Shown piece after piece: positions 35,886-46,791 of a stretch of 64,000 bases of DNA. Under the pieces are notes generated by a model. The model did no database searches, was not told the origin of the DNA, and worked only from the letters and a program-made list of their open reading frames with translations. This stretch comes from Ascoidea asiatica JCM 7603 (lineage: Eukaryota > Fungi > Ascomycota). A program made the translations under genes and the position numbers. Each line of letters begins with the position of its first letter. Position 1 is the first letter of the stretch. The DNA is taken from positions 143,376 to 207,375 of the forward strand of contig BCKQ01000018.1 in the NCBI GenBank assembly GCA_001600695.1. The letters are read 5' to 3'.

Positions 35886-38168
35886 TTAACAGTCATTAAC
35901 TAAAGTATTTTTTGGAAATGAATATCCAGCTTTTTTCCAACTTGTTAAATTAACATTAGAATAAGCGTTTAAATGATTTTGAATATAATCATAAGTTGGA
36001 TAATCACTTGGATCACAACCAACATTTACACTGTTATTTGGTTGATAAACTCTAACAAAATCAACTTTCATTGTTACTGGAAATTTTAGCATTGGCCAAT
36101 CAATATAAGCCCAAGAATTACTTATACCTAAATTTAAAATTATTGACATTGGTTCTTTAGAAATATATCTCCAATCAATATTACCATTTGGATGTAAAGC
36201 ATATGAATGTAAAGTCATAGTTGGATCATCACCAACATACCATCTGATATAACCATTATCATTATCATTAATATATTCAAAACCATATTTTTGATATCTA
36301 ATTTCATCAGTTGAAGAAGATTTAAATTCATACCAACTATTATTTAAAGTTGTTACACCTGAAATTGCTTGTTGAAATGGACCACCAGCATATGTATTCA
36401 TTGAAGTTACTGAAGAATTATCAATTTCAATAAAATCATAATCTGGCATATACCAAATATCATAAGGAGCAACTTGTAAAGATTGAGAAGCAACACCAAC
36501 ACCAACACTTGTATCTTGAGCACCTTCTAAAGCATCAATTTCAGGAGCACCTCTTCCAGTTCCTTTATTTGGATGATCTTCACCTTTACAAGTACAAGAA
36601 TTTAAACGTTGACCAGGTAAATAATTTATACCATCAGGAGAAGATTGATTTGGAGTTATACCGGAATCACAAGAATCATAAGAATATGGCCAAATACCTT
36701 CAGTTGAAGCTAAATAACCAGGTCTACCTAAATTACCCATTGTCCAAATTCCAGGCCATAAACCAGTTATATTACCAAAATTTGGTAAATTAACAGAAGC
36801 TTCAAGTTTACCTTGAGTAAAACAAAATTTATTCCAACTTTGTAACATTCCAGATCTATAAAATAAATTATGATTTTTAAAAGCATCCATTTTAATAATT
36901 AAAGTACCATTTGAAGTTGTAATTGAATCAGGATCATACCATTCTAAGTCATTTGTTGCAGCATAATTTAAATCACCACCTTCCCAAAATTGATCATCAC
37001 CATTATAAAAAGTTCTACCATTTTTATTAAATTCATCACTAAATACTAAATTCCAAATTTCACCAGATTTTGAAGTTGTTGATAATTTATTATCTGGTGT
37101 ATCATTATCAATTAAATTTGTTCTAATTGCAGATAAAGTTGGATAAATATAATCAGATAATTTAATTTCTATAGAATTTTCATTTAAATTTTTATTTACA
37201 GTTATATTTGAAAATGTAAATAATGGTAAAATTACAAAAATTGCAATTGCAGTAAAACCTAAGATTATAAAAGCTAATAAACCTGAACCAGATCTTTTAT
37301 CCATTGATTTTAAATCATAATACATATGATGTTTTTGATATTTTGCATCTTCAATTGGATCTGGATTATGTAAATAATCATCACTTTCTTTTTCATCTAT
37401 ATGTAAAGGAAATAAAGAAGTTGGATAACCACCAAATGGAGAATAATTTATAAATTGAGAATTTAAATCTGATTTAGAATTTGAATTTGAGTTTGAATTT
37501 GTATTTGAATTTGAATTTAAAAATGGAGATGAATTACTACTTTTAATACTTGATTTATCTGTATTAGTATTAGTACTTGTGTTTAATTTTAAAAGAGGAT
37601 ATCTATCAAAACCTCTTGGCTCTAAATCAAAATTTTTATTATTATTACTATTTAAGTTAAAAATACTATTTGAATTACTTATACTATTTAAATTATTATT
37701 TGAAATATTACTTATATTTTTTATATTATTTGATATTGAAATTGAATTATTTTTAGTTAAATCCATTGGATTTAAACTTATATTACGATTAATATTATTA
37801 TTGTTATTGTTATTTGAAATTGAATTTGAAGTTGAGATTAAATTATTTTTTAATAAGTTTGAAGAAGAATGATCAGAAGAATCATAATCTAAATTTAATA
37901 TTGAAGATGATATTTTTCTATTATCATTAAAAGGATCATTTTGATCATTTTGATCAATATTATTATTATGAATATTCCCGATATTATTATTACTATCGGT
38001 ATTATTATTATTATTATTGATTAACAGTGAAGATAAAGAATCATCTGAATCATAGATTGGAGAGTTTACAATATGATCTCTGTTATCATTGTTATTATTA
38101 TTATTATTACTTTCATTATCATTTCCTGTTAAATTTCTGATATTATTTTCGTTGATCTTCGAAACCAT
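35886..38168 (-). CDS. KRE6: Beta-1,6-glucan synthesis GH16 protein Kre6/Skn1
   Basis: DDYLHNPDP, single TM, LVFSDEF, LWPGIWTMGNLGRPGY, GRGAPEIDALE. ATG at 38168. KRE6 vs SKN1 not resolvable. Confidence 0.93.
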   Translation of the reverse strand: MVSKINENNIRNLTGNDNESNNNNNNNDNRDHIVNSPIYDSDDSLSSLLINNNNNNTDSNNNIGNIHNNNIDQNDQNDPFNDNRKISSSILNLDYDSSDHSSSNLLKNNLISTSNSISNNNNNNNINRNISLNPMDLTKNNSISISNNIKNISNISNNNLNSISNSNSIFNLNSNNNKNFDLEPRGFDRYPLLKLNTSTNTNTDKSSIKSSNSSPFLNSNSNTNSNSNSNSKSDLNSQFINYSPFGGYPTSLFPLHIDEKESDDYLHNPDPIEDAKYQKHHMYYDLKSMDKRSGSGLLAFIILGFTAIAIFVILPLFTFSNITVNKNLNENSIEIKLSDYIYPTLSAIRTNLIDNDTPDNKLSTTSKSGEIWNLVFSDEFNKNGRTFYNGDDQFWEGGDLNYAATNDLEWYDPDSITTSNGTLIIKMDAFKNHNLFYRSGMLQSWNKFCFTQGKLEASVNLPNFGNITGLWPGIWTMGNLGRPGYLASTEGIWPYSYDSCDSGITPNQSSPDGINYLPGQRLNSCTCKGEDHPNKGTGRGAPEIDALEGAQDTSVGVGVASQSLQVAPYDIWYMPDYDFIEIDNSSVTSMNTYAGGPFQQAISGVTTLNNSWYEFKSSSTDEIRYQKYGFEYINDNDNGYIRWYVGDDPTMTLHSYALHPNGNIDWRYISKEPMSIILNLGISNSWAYIDWPMLKFPVTMKVDFVRVYQPNNSVNVGCDPSDYPTYDYIQNHLNAYSNVNLTSWKKAGYSFPKNTLVNDC

Positions 38169-38981
38169 TTTCAATACTTTTAATACTTTTAATACGCAAT
38201 TTTTAACGTTAAGTTACTTGAAATTAATACTGACGAGTCTTGGAAGATGAGAAAATAAAGTTTAAGCCCCGATTATTATCAATTAATTAAAAAGAATTAA
38301 GAAATAAAGGTTTAATATAATAATTTTACAATTAAATATATAAATAATAGTAATTTTACAATAATATATAATATATAAAAAAAATAATATAATAATACAA
38401 CAAAGAAAGAAAGAAATCGAGTATCTTGTTTAGTTTTAGTTTTAAATTCTAGATTATGAAAATTACTTTAGAGATTCAAGTGAAAAATAACCAATATTTA
38501 ATATGGACTATCAAATATCACTTAGCAAAAACAGCAATTTAAGAGTAAGTTATTTGGGGTGCCTTACTAATTGAACATACTCCTTATTAAAGTTCTATCA
38601 AATACTCCAAGAAGAAAGAAGAACGGAAACGGCACTCGAGAAAGCGACGCGGTTTCGTAATGGCGGCAGTGGCGTGACCGTGACGGAGCCACCGTTGCTA
38701 GATCTAGACAAAGAGCACGTGTAAATATATCACATGACTTCTACACTCTCAGCTTTCGTTTGCATTTTTCAGTCGGTGCCTCAGCGAGATTCTGCTCGCT
38801 TTCCTCGAAGGTTTTTCAGATGCCTGTGAATCTAAAGTTTGGAGAGGTGACTGAAGATAGAGCAGCAGATAAAGCACCAGATCCAGCAGAAGACACTGAT
38901 TTTGAAGGAGTGTGTTTGCATTGTACTTCTAGTTCCATTGTTGTTCGTTTTGATTCTTCATTTACAAGAAGTTCTAGAACC

Positions 38982-39992
38982 ATGATTTGTGGTTCTCAAC
39001 CTAGACTTATAGCTCTTCGAAATATAAAATCTACAAATGTTTTATCTTCTTCAAATATAGGAATAAATATTATTTCCAAAGGATTTATAAATAATAATAA
39101 TTTCAATTATTTGAATATCATTTCATCTTCAAGTCTTATAAATAAAAGATTTAATTCAACTAATTCTAATGATGATAATACAGAATCAAATTCAAATATA
39201 AATTCAAAAAAAAGAAATAAAAAAAGAGGAAATCAACAAACTTTACAACATCATCAAATTGGTGTAATGTTTAATTTATATATTCCACCTTCATTTTCAA
39301 AATATCCAAATATATTTAAAGAACCTATAGTTTTTATGAAAAATATTTTAAGAAGATTTTATTTATTAGGTTTAAATACTGTACAAATTGCAAGTTCAAG
39401 ATTACAAGGTGGTATTAAACCAAAATTTTTATTATGGAAAAATAATTCAATTGAATCTTATATTAAAGTTAATCAAAATTTTGTTTTAAAAAATTTTAAA
39501 AATTTATCAAAATTTTCAACAATTTGGGTACAAGATTCTTTAAAAAAAAGAATTAAAAATTTACCAAATAATATTCATCTTGAATGGAAATTAATTAAAT
39601 TTAATAAAAATCCAAAATTAATTTCTTTTACACCATTCTTAATTCCTGGTCAACCCTTAGATAAAGTTTTAATTGTTTATAAATTTAATACTTTACAAAG
39701 AGTTTTAAAATATAATTTAAAAACTGAAAAAATTGATAAATTAGATAGAAATGTTATTGAATATCCTGTTTTTATTTTAGATTTAGATGATAATAAATCT
39801 TTATTATGTGGTTCTGTATTTGAATCTTCAATTTATGATAAAGTTAAATTAGAACAATCTACTGTACCTGGAACTTCAATGAAAGTTAGAGGTGATATAT
39901 ATCGTTCTGATGATAAAGAATTAAATATTGCTGAAAATAAACTTTCCACTTCTCAATCTCAATCCCCTCCAACACCTCCTACTTCATCTTAA
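38982..39992 (+). CDS. MBA1: Mitochondrial ribosome receptor Mba1 (Tim44-like)
   Basis: Presequence-like N-terminus from ATG 38982; LYIPP, KPKFLLWKN, LEWKLIKFN..PKL, LCGSVFES. Confidence 0.85.
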   Translation: MICGSQPRLIALRNIKSTNVLSSSNIGINIISKGFINNNNFNYLNIISSSSLINKRFNSTNSNDDNTESNSNINSKKRNKKRGNQQTLQHHQIGVMFNLYIPPSFSKYPNIFKEPIVFMKNILRRFYLLGLNTVQIASSRLQGGIKPKFLLWKNNSIESYIKVNQNFVLKNFKNLSKFSTIWVQDSLKKRIKNLPNNIHLEWKLIKFNKNPKLISFTPFLIPGQPLDKVLIVYKFNTLQRVLKYNLKTEKIDKLDRNVIEYPVFILDLDDNKSLLCGSVFESSIYDKVKLEQSTVPGTSMKVRGDIYRSDDKELNIAENKLSTSQSQSPPTPPTSS

Positions 39993-40175
39993 TCATTTTA
40001 ATATATTATTCGTTAATACATAATCTTGTAAATAATAATAATTTTTAATAAAAAAATATTACATTTCTTTTTCCTCGTCAATAAGTAAAATCAAATTGTT
40101 TAATGTTCATAAATTAAAAGAAAAAAATATATATATATACTGTATATATAATTTATATAAATGAAAATAATAAAA

Positions 40176-41984
40176 TTAATACCATGTGGAAAATGGATCT
40201 GATTCTGGATAAACAACATTTCTATCATTATAAATTGAAACATTTTTACTACCACTATGTTTAAATGTAAATCCAATAAAATATCTATTATCAATATCTT
40301 TATCACTCATACGTTCAACTGCATTTCTTTTTTCAATAACTTCTTTATATTTTGCCATATCTTTTTCATTCGTAAAATCATCAAAATATCCTGCATCTTC
40401 ATCATCATCTAATTGTGGTGTAAAAGGTGGTGTTCTATCTCTTAAATGATTCCAATCAATTTCATTAAAATATGGTAATGACATAATTTGTTTAAAATTT
40501 TTAATTCTATCTTTTGGTGAATTAATTAAATTTATAAGTAAATGCCATGTTCTATCTGAAAATACAAATCTACCATCTTCATATCTTGGTCTTCTAAATG
40601 ATTGTTTCCAATGACGTAAATTATTATAAGTTTCTTCAGGTATATTACCTGCAAATGGTGGAAATCCTGCTAAAGTTTCAAATAATATACAACCTAAAGA
40701 CCAATAATCAATTGTATAATCATAAGGTTTACCTTCTAAAACTTCTAAAGCCATATAATCTGGTGAACCAACAATTGAATTTGCATAATGAATATCTTTT
40801 TGTCTTAAAGTTCTATATTGTTTTTGTCTTTCAGATACAGAACCTGTTGGTAAACCATAATCTAAATCTTTTACAGATAATAATTTTTGTCTCATACTTT
40901 CAATTCTTTCAGTTGATATTGAACCTGCAGCTAAACCAAAATCTGTTAATTTTATATGACCTTTTGCATCAATTAAAAAATTTTCTGGTTTTAAATCTCT
41001 ATGTGTATAACCTAATTGATGTAAAGCATTAACAGATGCAAACATTTCACTAATATAAAATCTTGCATGTGGTGGTATTAAAACACTTGTATTATTTAAA
41101 AGTGTTCTATAATCACCACCTGGTACAAATTCCATTGCAAGATAAACAGATTCATTATCTTGAAATGCATAAAATAATTTAACTAACCATTCAGATCTTG
41201 TATTTGTTAAAATATCTCTTTCTGTTAAAACATGTCTTGTTTCATCTAATTTCATTAATAATCTTTTACTTAAAACTTTTAAAGCAACAATTTCTCTTGT
41301 ATCTCTTTTTTTAGCTAAATAAACTTGACCATAACCACCTTGACCAACTTGAGTGATAATTGAAAAATCTTTATGTTTTGGTTTAATTCTTCTTTTTCTT
41401 AATAAAACTCTTTCTCTACCAATATAATTTTTCCATTGTTGAATTTTTTCATTATTATTTGATAATGAATTTAAATTTTCTTCAACTTGTTGTTGTCTTT
41501 GTCTTCTTGTAATTACATAATCAAACATATCACAATAATAATCAAGAAAATAAGTTTGACAAACATTTATTAATCTTTTAGTTTTGGGATTATTTGCTTT
41601 TTGATAAAAATCTCTACCTAATCTTTTTGAATATTGATATCTTGTATTTTGAGAATCATTTGTAAAATTTGTATTTGTATTTGAGTTAGTATTATTGAAT
41701 TGAGCTTGTAAAGGATGTTGTAACTGAGGTTGTTGTTGATTATATTGATTGTATTGAATACTTTTAGTTGGAGAAGGTGGAGCATTTTCTTTATTTTTTG
41801 AAGTTGGATCTTGAAAAAAATTATTATTCGACTGTTTTGAATTATTTATATTCATATTTGGTATAAAACTATTAATATTCATTTTTGAATCTTTATTTTG
41901 ATTGACTTGAATTGCCTTTATATTTTGGGCTAATTCTTCAATTTCATTAGCTTGTGATGATGATTTAGAAAATAAGTTGCTCAT
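40176..41984 (-). CDS. DBF2: NDR/LATS kinase Dbf2/Dbf20
   Basis: YFLDYYCDMFDY, GQGGYG, HRDLKPEN, DFG, SIVGSPDYMA, FIGFTF. Confidence 0.96.
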   Translation of the reverse strand: MSNLFSKSSSQANEIEELAQNIKAIQVNQNKDSKMNINSFIPNMNINNSKQSNNNFFQDPTSKNKENAPPSPTKSIQYNQYNQQQPQLQHPLQAQFNNTNSNTNTNFTNDSQNTRYQYSKRLGRDFYQKANNPKTKRLINVCQTYFLDYYCDMFDYVITRRQRQQQVEENLNSLSNNNEKIQQWKNYIGRERVLLRKRRIKPKHKDFSIITQVGQGGYGQVYLAKKRDTREIVALKVLSKRLLMKLDETRHVLTERDILTNTRSEWLVKLFYAFQDNESVYLAMEFVPGGDYRTLLNNTSVLIPPHARFYISEMFASVNALHQLGYTHRDLKPENFLIDAKGHIKLTDFGLAAGSISTERIESMRQKLLSVKDLDYGLPTGSVSERQKQYRTLRQKDIHYANSIVGSPDYMALEVLEGKPYDYTIDYWSLGCILFETLAGFPPFAGNIPEETYNNLRHWKQSFRRPRYEDGRFVFSDRTWHLLINLINSPKDRIKNFKQIMSLPYFNEIDWNHLRDRTPPFTPQLDDDEDAGYFDDFTNEKDMAKYKEVIEKRNAVERMSDKDIDNRYFIGFTFKHSGSKNVSIYNDRNVVYPESDPFSTWY

Positions 41985-42229
41985 AACAAAAAGATAAAAA
42001 AAAAAATTGTTGTTGAAAGGGTTAAAAGATAAATTAAGTCAACAACTTCAAATACTTTAAAGAAAATAGAATAATTATAAAAGTTAATTCAATGTAACCT
42101 GAGTCTGATAACTCTTAGAAGTTTCAAAGATTCAATAACTTCATTAACTTAAGACTGTATGCTTAAGATGCTCAAGATGTTCAGTTTGATTTAATTCTCA
42201 TTTCTCTAGTTATGCATCTTTTAATTTTT

Positions 42230-42423
42230 TGTTTACATTTTACCCTTTGTGTAAATGTTTATTTGCACAATGAGAAAGTTGTAAATAAAGAAAAGGCTAA
42301 AAACCATTTTCATGGGTCACCGCTGCACTTTCCTTGTTGTTTTTTGTTTTCCAGTCGCGTTCGATTTTGAAAATAAATCTGATTGTGAGACCCCTTCAAA
42401 TTGGGGGTTGTTGTAAACACGTG
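42230..42423. promoter_or_regulatory. Forkhead-like sites in the DBF2/SRB5 divergent promoter
   Basis: TGTTTAC 42230, GTAAATA 42281, GTAAACA 42413; CACGTG 42418. Confidence 0.45.
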
Positions 42424-42588
42424 TCTATATGGAGTCTTCCTCGGTTCTTCTCTTCAATTGAACTAAGAATTTCCTTTTTATTTTTTACAGTAGACTTTAT
42501 TGATAAATGATAATGAAAGAATGAAATATTTAAATAAGTGAATAACTTAATGATTAGTAGCAAAAATTATTGAATAACTTAAATCAAA

Positions 42589-43569
42589 ATGGTTCAACAA
42601 CAAAGTTTGTATGGTTCAATTAAAAATGGAAATTTCAATATTCTAATAAATTCATTAATGTCATTAACTGGTATAAATAATCCAGATATTTTATTAAATT
42701 ATAATATAATTTTAAATCCATTAATAAATATAAAAAGTATTTTAAAACAAAATTCAATTAAAAATAATTTAAATTTAAATCAAATTGATCAAAATTTTAT
42801 AAAATTATCAACAAATTGGGATATCTTTCATGATAATGATCAACCTAGTATCAATATTACTTCTACAACAACTTCTAATAGCAATAATGGTTATTTGAAA
42901 ACTTTAAAAAAAATTTTAAATAATGATACTTCAACAGAAGTTTTTAAAAATTATAATTATCAAAGTGTTTTCAAACATACAGCTCAAAATAATACAAATA
43001 AACAAAATGCAAATGTTAATAATACTAATAATAGTAGTTCTTCAGATTTTAATTTTAATTCGGAAATTTTATATAAAAATAATTGGTCTTTTGAAATTTC
43101 AGATATACCAATTGCATCATCAAAAGAAATTTTATCTCAAACCATTTTTGATAATTTTTTAAATCAATCTTTATTTTCAAATAATTCTAATACTACAAAT
43201 AATTTTTATAATTGTAATTTATTAGAATTTATGTATGAATTTGGTTATATACCAAAAAATGAATATTGGTTAAAAGGTTTAAAATTTTATTATAATTCAA
43301 TAATCATTCACATTTTTCAAATATTTGTTTATAATTCAAATACAAATTCTTTAGATTTATTTAATTCAACTTCAAATAATAATACTATTCATAGTAATAA
43401 TAATTCTTGGTTAATTAAAGCTTTTATAAATATTAATCAAATTAGTGATATTGATTTAATCAATAAAAGTAATAAAAGTTTATTGAATTTAAAATTTCAA
43501 TTAGCAGATTTAGTTGATTTAAAATTTATTGATAGAAATTCAATGGATTCAAGAGTAAAACCAAATTAA
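42589..43569 (+). CDS. SRB5: Mediator subunit Med18/Srb5
   Basis: MVQQ.SLYG start, WSFEISDIP, FGY....EYW.KG..F, C-terminal DRNSMDSRV. Confidence 0.88.
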   Translation: MVQQQSLYGSIKNGNFNILINSLMSLTGINNPDILLNYNIILNPLINIKSILKQNSIKNNLNLNQIDQNFIKLSTNWDIFHDNDQPSINITSTTTSNSNNGYLKTLKKILNNDTSTEVFKNYNYQSVFKHTAQNNTNKQNANVNNTNNSSSSDFNFNSEILYKNNWSFEISDIPIASSKEILSQTIFDNFLNQSLFSNNSNTTNNFYNCNLLEFMYEFGYIPKNEYWLKGLKFYYNSIIIHIFQIFVYNSNTNSLDLFNSTSNNNTIHSNNNSWLIKAFININQISDIDLINKSNKSLLNLKFQLADLVDLKFIDRNSMDSRVKPN

Positions 43570-43811
43570 AAATTTAAAATTAAAATCCGTGTTGATATGA
43601 ATATCTGGTCGTTTTCTTATCTTTCCGTGCTCATAGTCCGCCCACGTTTATCCGTCTATTATATCTCAATTAAATAAATATTTATTTGCAAATCAATTGA
43701 AGTAGATAATAACAAGATAACAAAATAACAAAATAATAAAATAATAAGAAAACAAGAATACATCAAAATATTGAATTGAATTGAATATTTTAAAGTCCTG
43801 AATGAAATAAT

Positions 43812-45074
43812 ATGATCAATGAAGATATAGTGATATATGTTTCGTTTTGGCTATTGGGTCTAATCAATAATGTTTTATATGTAGTTATTTTAAGCGCTGC
43901 TGTTGATCTTGTTGGTCATTCTGCTCCAAAATCTTTAGTTTTATTATTTAATATTTTACCTTCATTATTAATAAAATTATCTGCTCCATTATTTATTCAT
44001 TTGATTCCATATTCAAAAAGAATTATATTATTAATTCTTTTAAGTTTTTTTGGAATGTTAATAATTTCTTTGAATTCAAATTTATATTTAAAGTTAATTG
44101 GAATTTCTTTAGCTTCTTTAAGTTCTGGATTTGGTGAAGTTACTTTTTTATCTTTAACTCATTTTTATAATTCTTCAAGTTTAAATGGATTTAGTGGTGG
44201 TACTGGAGGTGCTGGTTTAATTGGCAGTTTTCTTTATCTTATTTTAACTGTTTATTTATCTTTAAGTCCAAAATTATCTTTATTAATTTTTTCAATTTTT
44301 CCATTTTTATTTTTTTATGTATTTTGGTTTTTTTTACCAAAAAAATCTTTATCAATCAATCACAAAAATAATTCAATCAATGAAAGTAATAATCTAATTG
44401 AAAGTCAAAATATATTCATTAATAATGAAAGAAGTCTGTTATTAAATAATCCTAATTATAGTAATATTAATAATATAAGTTCAATTGAGTCAATAAAGTT
44501 AAAATCAATGAAATTTTATAATCATTTTATTAAAACATTTAATAAAATAAAGCCATTAATAATTCCATATATGTTACCATTATCATTAGTTTATTTTTTT
44601 GAATATACAATTAATCAAAGTATTTCTCCAACATTATTATTTCCAATTAATAATACACCATTTAAAAATTATAGAGATATTTATGTAACTTATGCAACTT
44701 TATATCAAATTGGAGTTTTTATCTCAAGAACATTTTCATATAATTTTAGAATCAAATATTTATATATTCCAGTTTTTTTACAATTTTTAAATTTTTTATT
44801 TTGTATTTTACAATCTTTAAAATTTTTTATTTCAAATATTTATATAATATTTATTTTAATAATTTTTGAAGGTTTATTAGGTGGTTCATCATATTTTAAT
44901 ACATATATGTTAATTACAGAAAATTTATCAGGAAATTATAGAGAATTTTCAATGGGTGCAGTTTCTTCAAGTGATTCAATTGGAATTGTTTTATCTTCAA
45001 TATTTGGATTATTTTTAGAAAAATTTCTTTGTAATTATCAAGTTAATCATGGTAGAGATTGGTGTACATTATAA
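43812..45074 (+). CDS. YHC3: Battenin/CLN3-family vacuolar transporter (Btn1)
   Basis: FWLLGLINNVLYVVILSAAVDLVG, SSGFGE..FL, GTGGAG, YFFEY.INQ, YQIGVFISR. Confidence 0.95.
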   Translation: MINEDIVIYVSFWLLGLINNVLYVVILSAAVDLVGHSAPKSLVLLFNILPSLLIKLSAPLFIHLIPYSKRIILLILLSFFGMLIISLNSNLYLKLIGISLASLSSGFGEVTFLSLTHFYNSSSLNGFSGGTGGAGLIGSFLYLILTVYLSLSPKLSLLIFSIFPFLFFYVFWFFLPKKSLSINHKNNSINESNNLIESQNIFINNERSLLLNNPNYSNINNISSIESIKLKSMKFYNHFIKTFNKIKPLIIPYMLPLSLVYFFEYTINQSISPTLLFPINNTPFKNYRDIYVTYATLYQIGVFISRTFSYNFRIKYLYIPVFLQFLNFLFCILQSLKFFISNIYIIFILIIFEGLLGGSSYFNTYMLITENLSGNYREFSMGAVSSSDSIGIVLSSIFGLFLEKFLCNYQVNHGRDWCTL

Positions 45075-45118
45075 TACTAAAAATATATCTTATTTTATAA
45101 AATAATCTATAAATATAT

Positions 45119-46420
45119 CTATAAATAAGGTTCTAATAATTTTAATCTTTCAACAGCTTCTTCTAATACATCATCTGTTTTACAAACAGCAAATCTTAAA
45201 CAATTTTCAGCAATTTTTTCATGTTCTTTAATATAAAATTCAGTTGGAGGTATTGCAACAATACCAATTTGATGTATTAAAAAATAAGCTAATTTAAAAT
45301 CATAAGCTTTTGAATTTAATTCAATTGGAAATTTAAAATCTTTTGGAATTTTTAATTTTTTAAAATTAACAAGAATATAATAAGTACCTTCTGGTTTTGT
45401 ATATGGTAATTTTAAATAATCAAAAACTTCGGTTAAAATTTTAAATTTTTTAATATAACTTAATTTTGTTTCATCATAATAATTATTATCATAAGCAGTA
45501 TCTAAAGCATTTGCAACAGCAACTTGTAAAGGAGAATTAGTTGTAAAACAAATTCTTGTATGAGCAAAAGTTGAATATTTTATAAAATATGGATTTGCAA
45601 TTACCCAACCAACTCTCCAACCAGTTGCAGCAAAAGTTTTGCCAGCACTACCAACAGTTATTGTTTGTTTTGAAATTTCAGGTGTTAAAGTTGTAAATCT
45701 TGGAAATTCATCAACATAAACTAAATTTTCATAAACTTCATCAGATAAGATTATTAAATTATGTTTTACAGCTAAATTACCAATTAATAATAATTCTTCT
45801 TTTGTAAAAACTTTACCAATTGGATTATGAGGAGTATTAACAACAATCATTTTAGTTTTTTCAGTAATTGAATTTTTTAATTGATTATAATCAAATTTCC
45901 AATCATTACCATTAATTATATTATTATTAAATTCATTTGGAGGATTTAAAGGTACATAAACAATTTTTCCACCAGGTAATTCAATATTTGAAATATATTG
46001 ATCAAAAAATGGTTCAAAAACTATAACTTCATCACCAGGATTTAAAAAAGCAGTGAAAACAGCTAACATACCTTCATTTGCACCTGCAGTTACTAAAATT
46101 TCATCATTTGTAATTTTTCTATTAAATTTTTTTGAATAAGTTTTTGCTAATGAATTTAATAAAATTTGTCTACCTTTTGTATGAGAATATTGATTTGCCA
46201 TTGGATCATCTAAAGCTAATTTTGCTGATTTTATTGCAAAATCAGGTGGTGAATATGAGAAAAATCCTTGACCTAAATTGATTATTTTTCTATCTGTTAA
46301 AGTTTGAGCAGTTGAAGCAGTTTCATTGATATAAGACCAAACATCTTTGGGAGTATCTTCAAAATATTTATTACAAGATGGAAAACTTGAAGTTTCTGAT
46401 GAATTCAAATCTGTTGACAT
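45119..46420 (-). CDS. BNA3: Kynurenine aminotransferase (class I PLP)
   Basis: INLGQGFF, EPFFDQY, NTPHNPIGK, SDEVY, SAGKTFAATGWRVGW, LRFAVCK. Confidence 0.95.
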   Translation of the reverse strand: MSTDLNSSETSSFPSCNKYFEDTPKDVWSYINETASTAQTLTDRKIINLGQGFFSYSPPDFAIKSAKLALDDPMANQYSHTKGRQILLNSLAKTYSKKFNRKITNDEILVTAGANEGMLAVFTAFLNPGDEVIVFEPFFDQYISNIELPGGKIVYVPLNPPNEFNNNIINGNDWKFDYNQLKNSITEKTKMIVVNTPHNPIGKVFTKEELLLIGNLAVKHNLIILSDEVYENLVYVDEFPRFTTLTPEISKQTITVGSAGKTFAATGWRVGWVIANPYFIKYSTFAHTRICFTTNSPLQVAVANALDTAYDNNYYDETKLSYIKKFKILTEVFDYLKLPYTKPEGTYYILVNFKKLKIPKDFKFPIELNSKAYDFKLAYFLIHQIGIVAIPPTEFYIKEHEKIAENCLRFAVCKTDDVLEEAVERLKLLEPYL

Positions 46421-46784
46421 TTTCTTTTTATATAGTTGTATAGTATAGTTATATGGTTATATTATTATCTTTTTTGTAATAAAAAAAAAAAAAGAAATTA
46501 TATAATTTTAAAGAATATGAATATATTAAAATTTTTAAAGCTAAATTACAATTGAATAATGAAAAGTCAAAGAAAAATCAAATCCAAGTAATTGCATTAT
46601 TTATATTATATTAAATTGAATTTTCATTGATTATTAATTAGATTATTGACATTCTATTGACATGAAGTTTGTGTTGTAATAATTCAGTAATAAAATGAAA
46701 TATTTTCATAAAACTCTTATCTAAAGATATTGAGAAAAGCATTAAAAATTGAATTGATTTCCGTTTGCAGGATTATTAACTACT

Positions 46785-46791
46785 TGAGTCA
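46785..46791. promoter_or_regulatory. Gcn4/AP-1 site upstream of BNA3
   Basis: Perfect TGAGTCA 365 bp upstream of the ATG. Confidence 0.4.

Noticed and set aside
38760-38981. N-terminal extension of Mba1
   Set aside because: Starts at TTG in promoter-like DNA; ATG 38982 gives a plausible mitochondrial presequence.
42304-42405. Mcm1 CArG boxes in the DBF2 promoter
   Set aside because: CC...GG spacing is 8 bp rather than the canonical 6.
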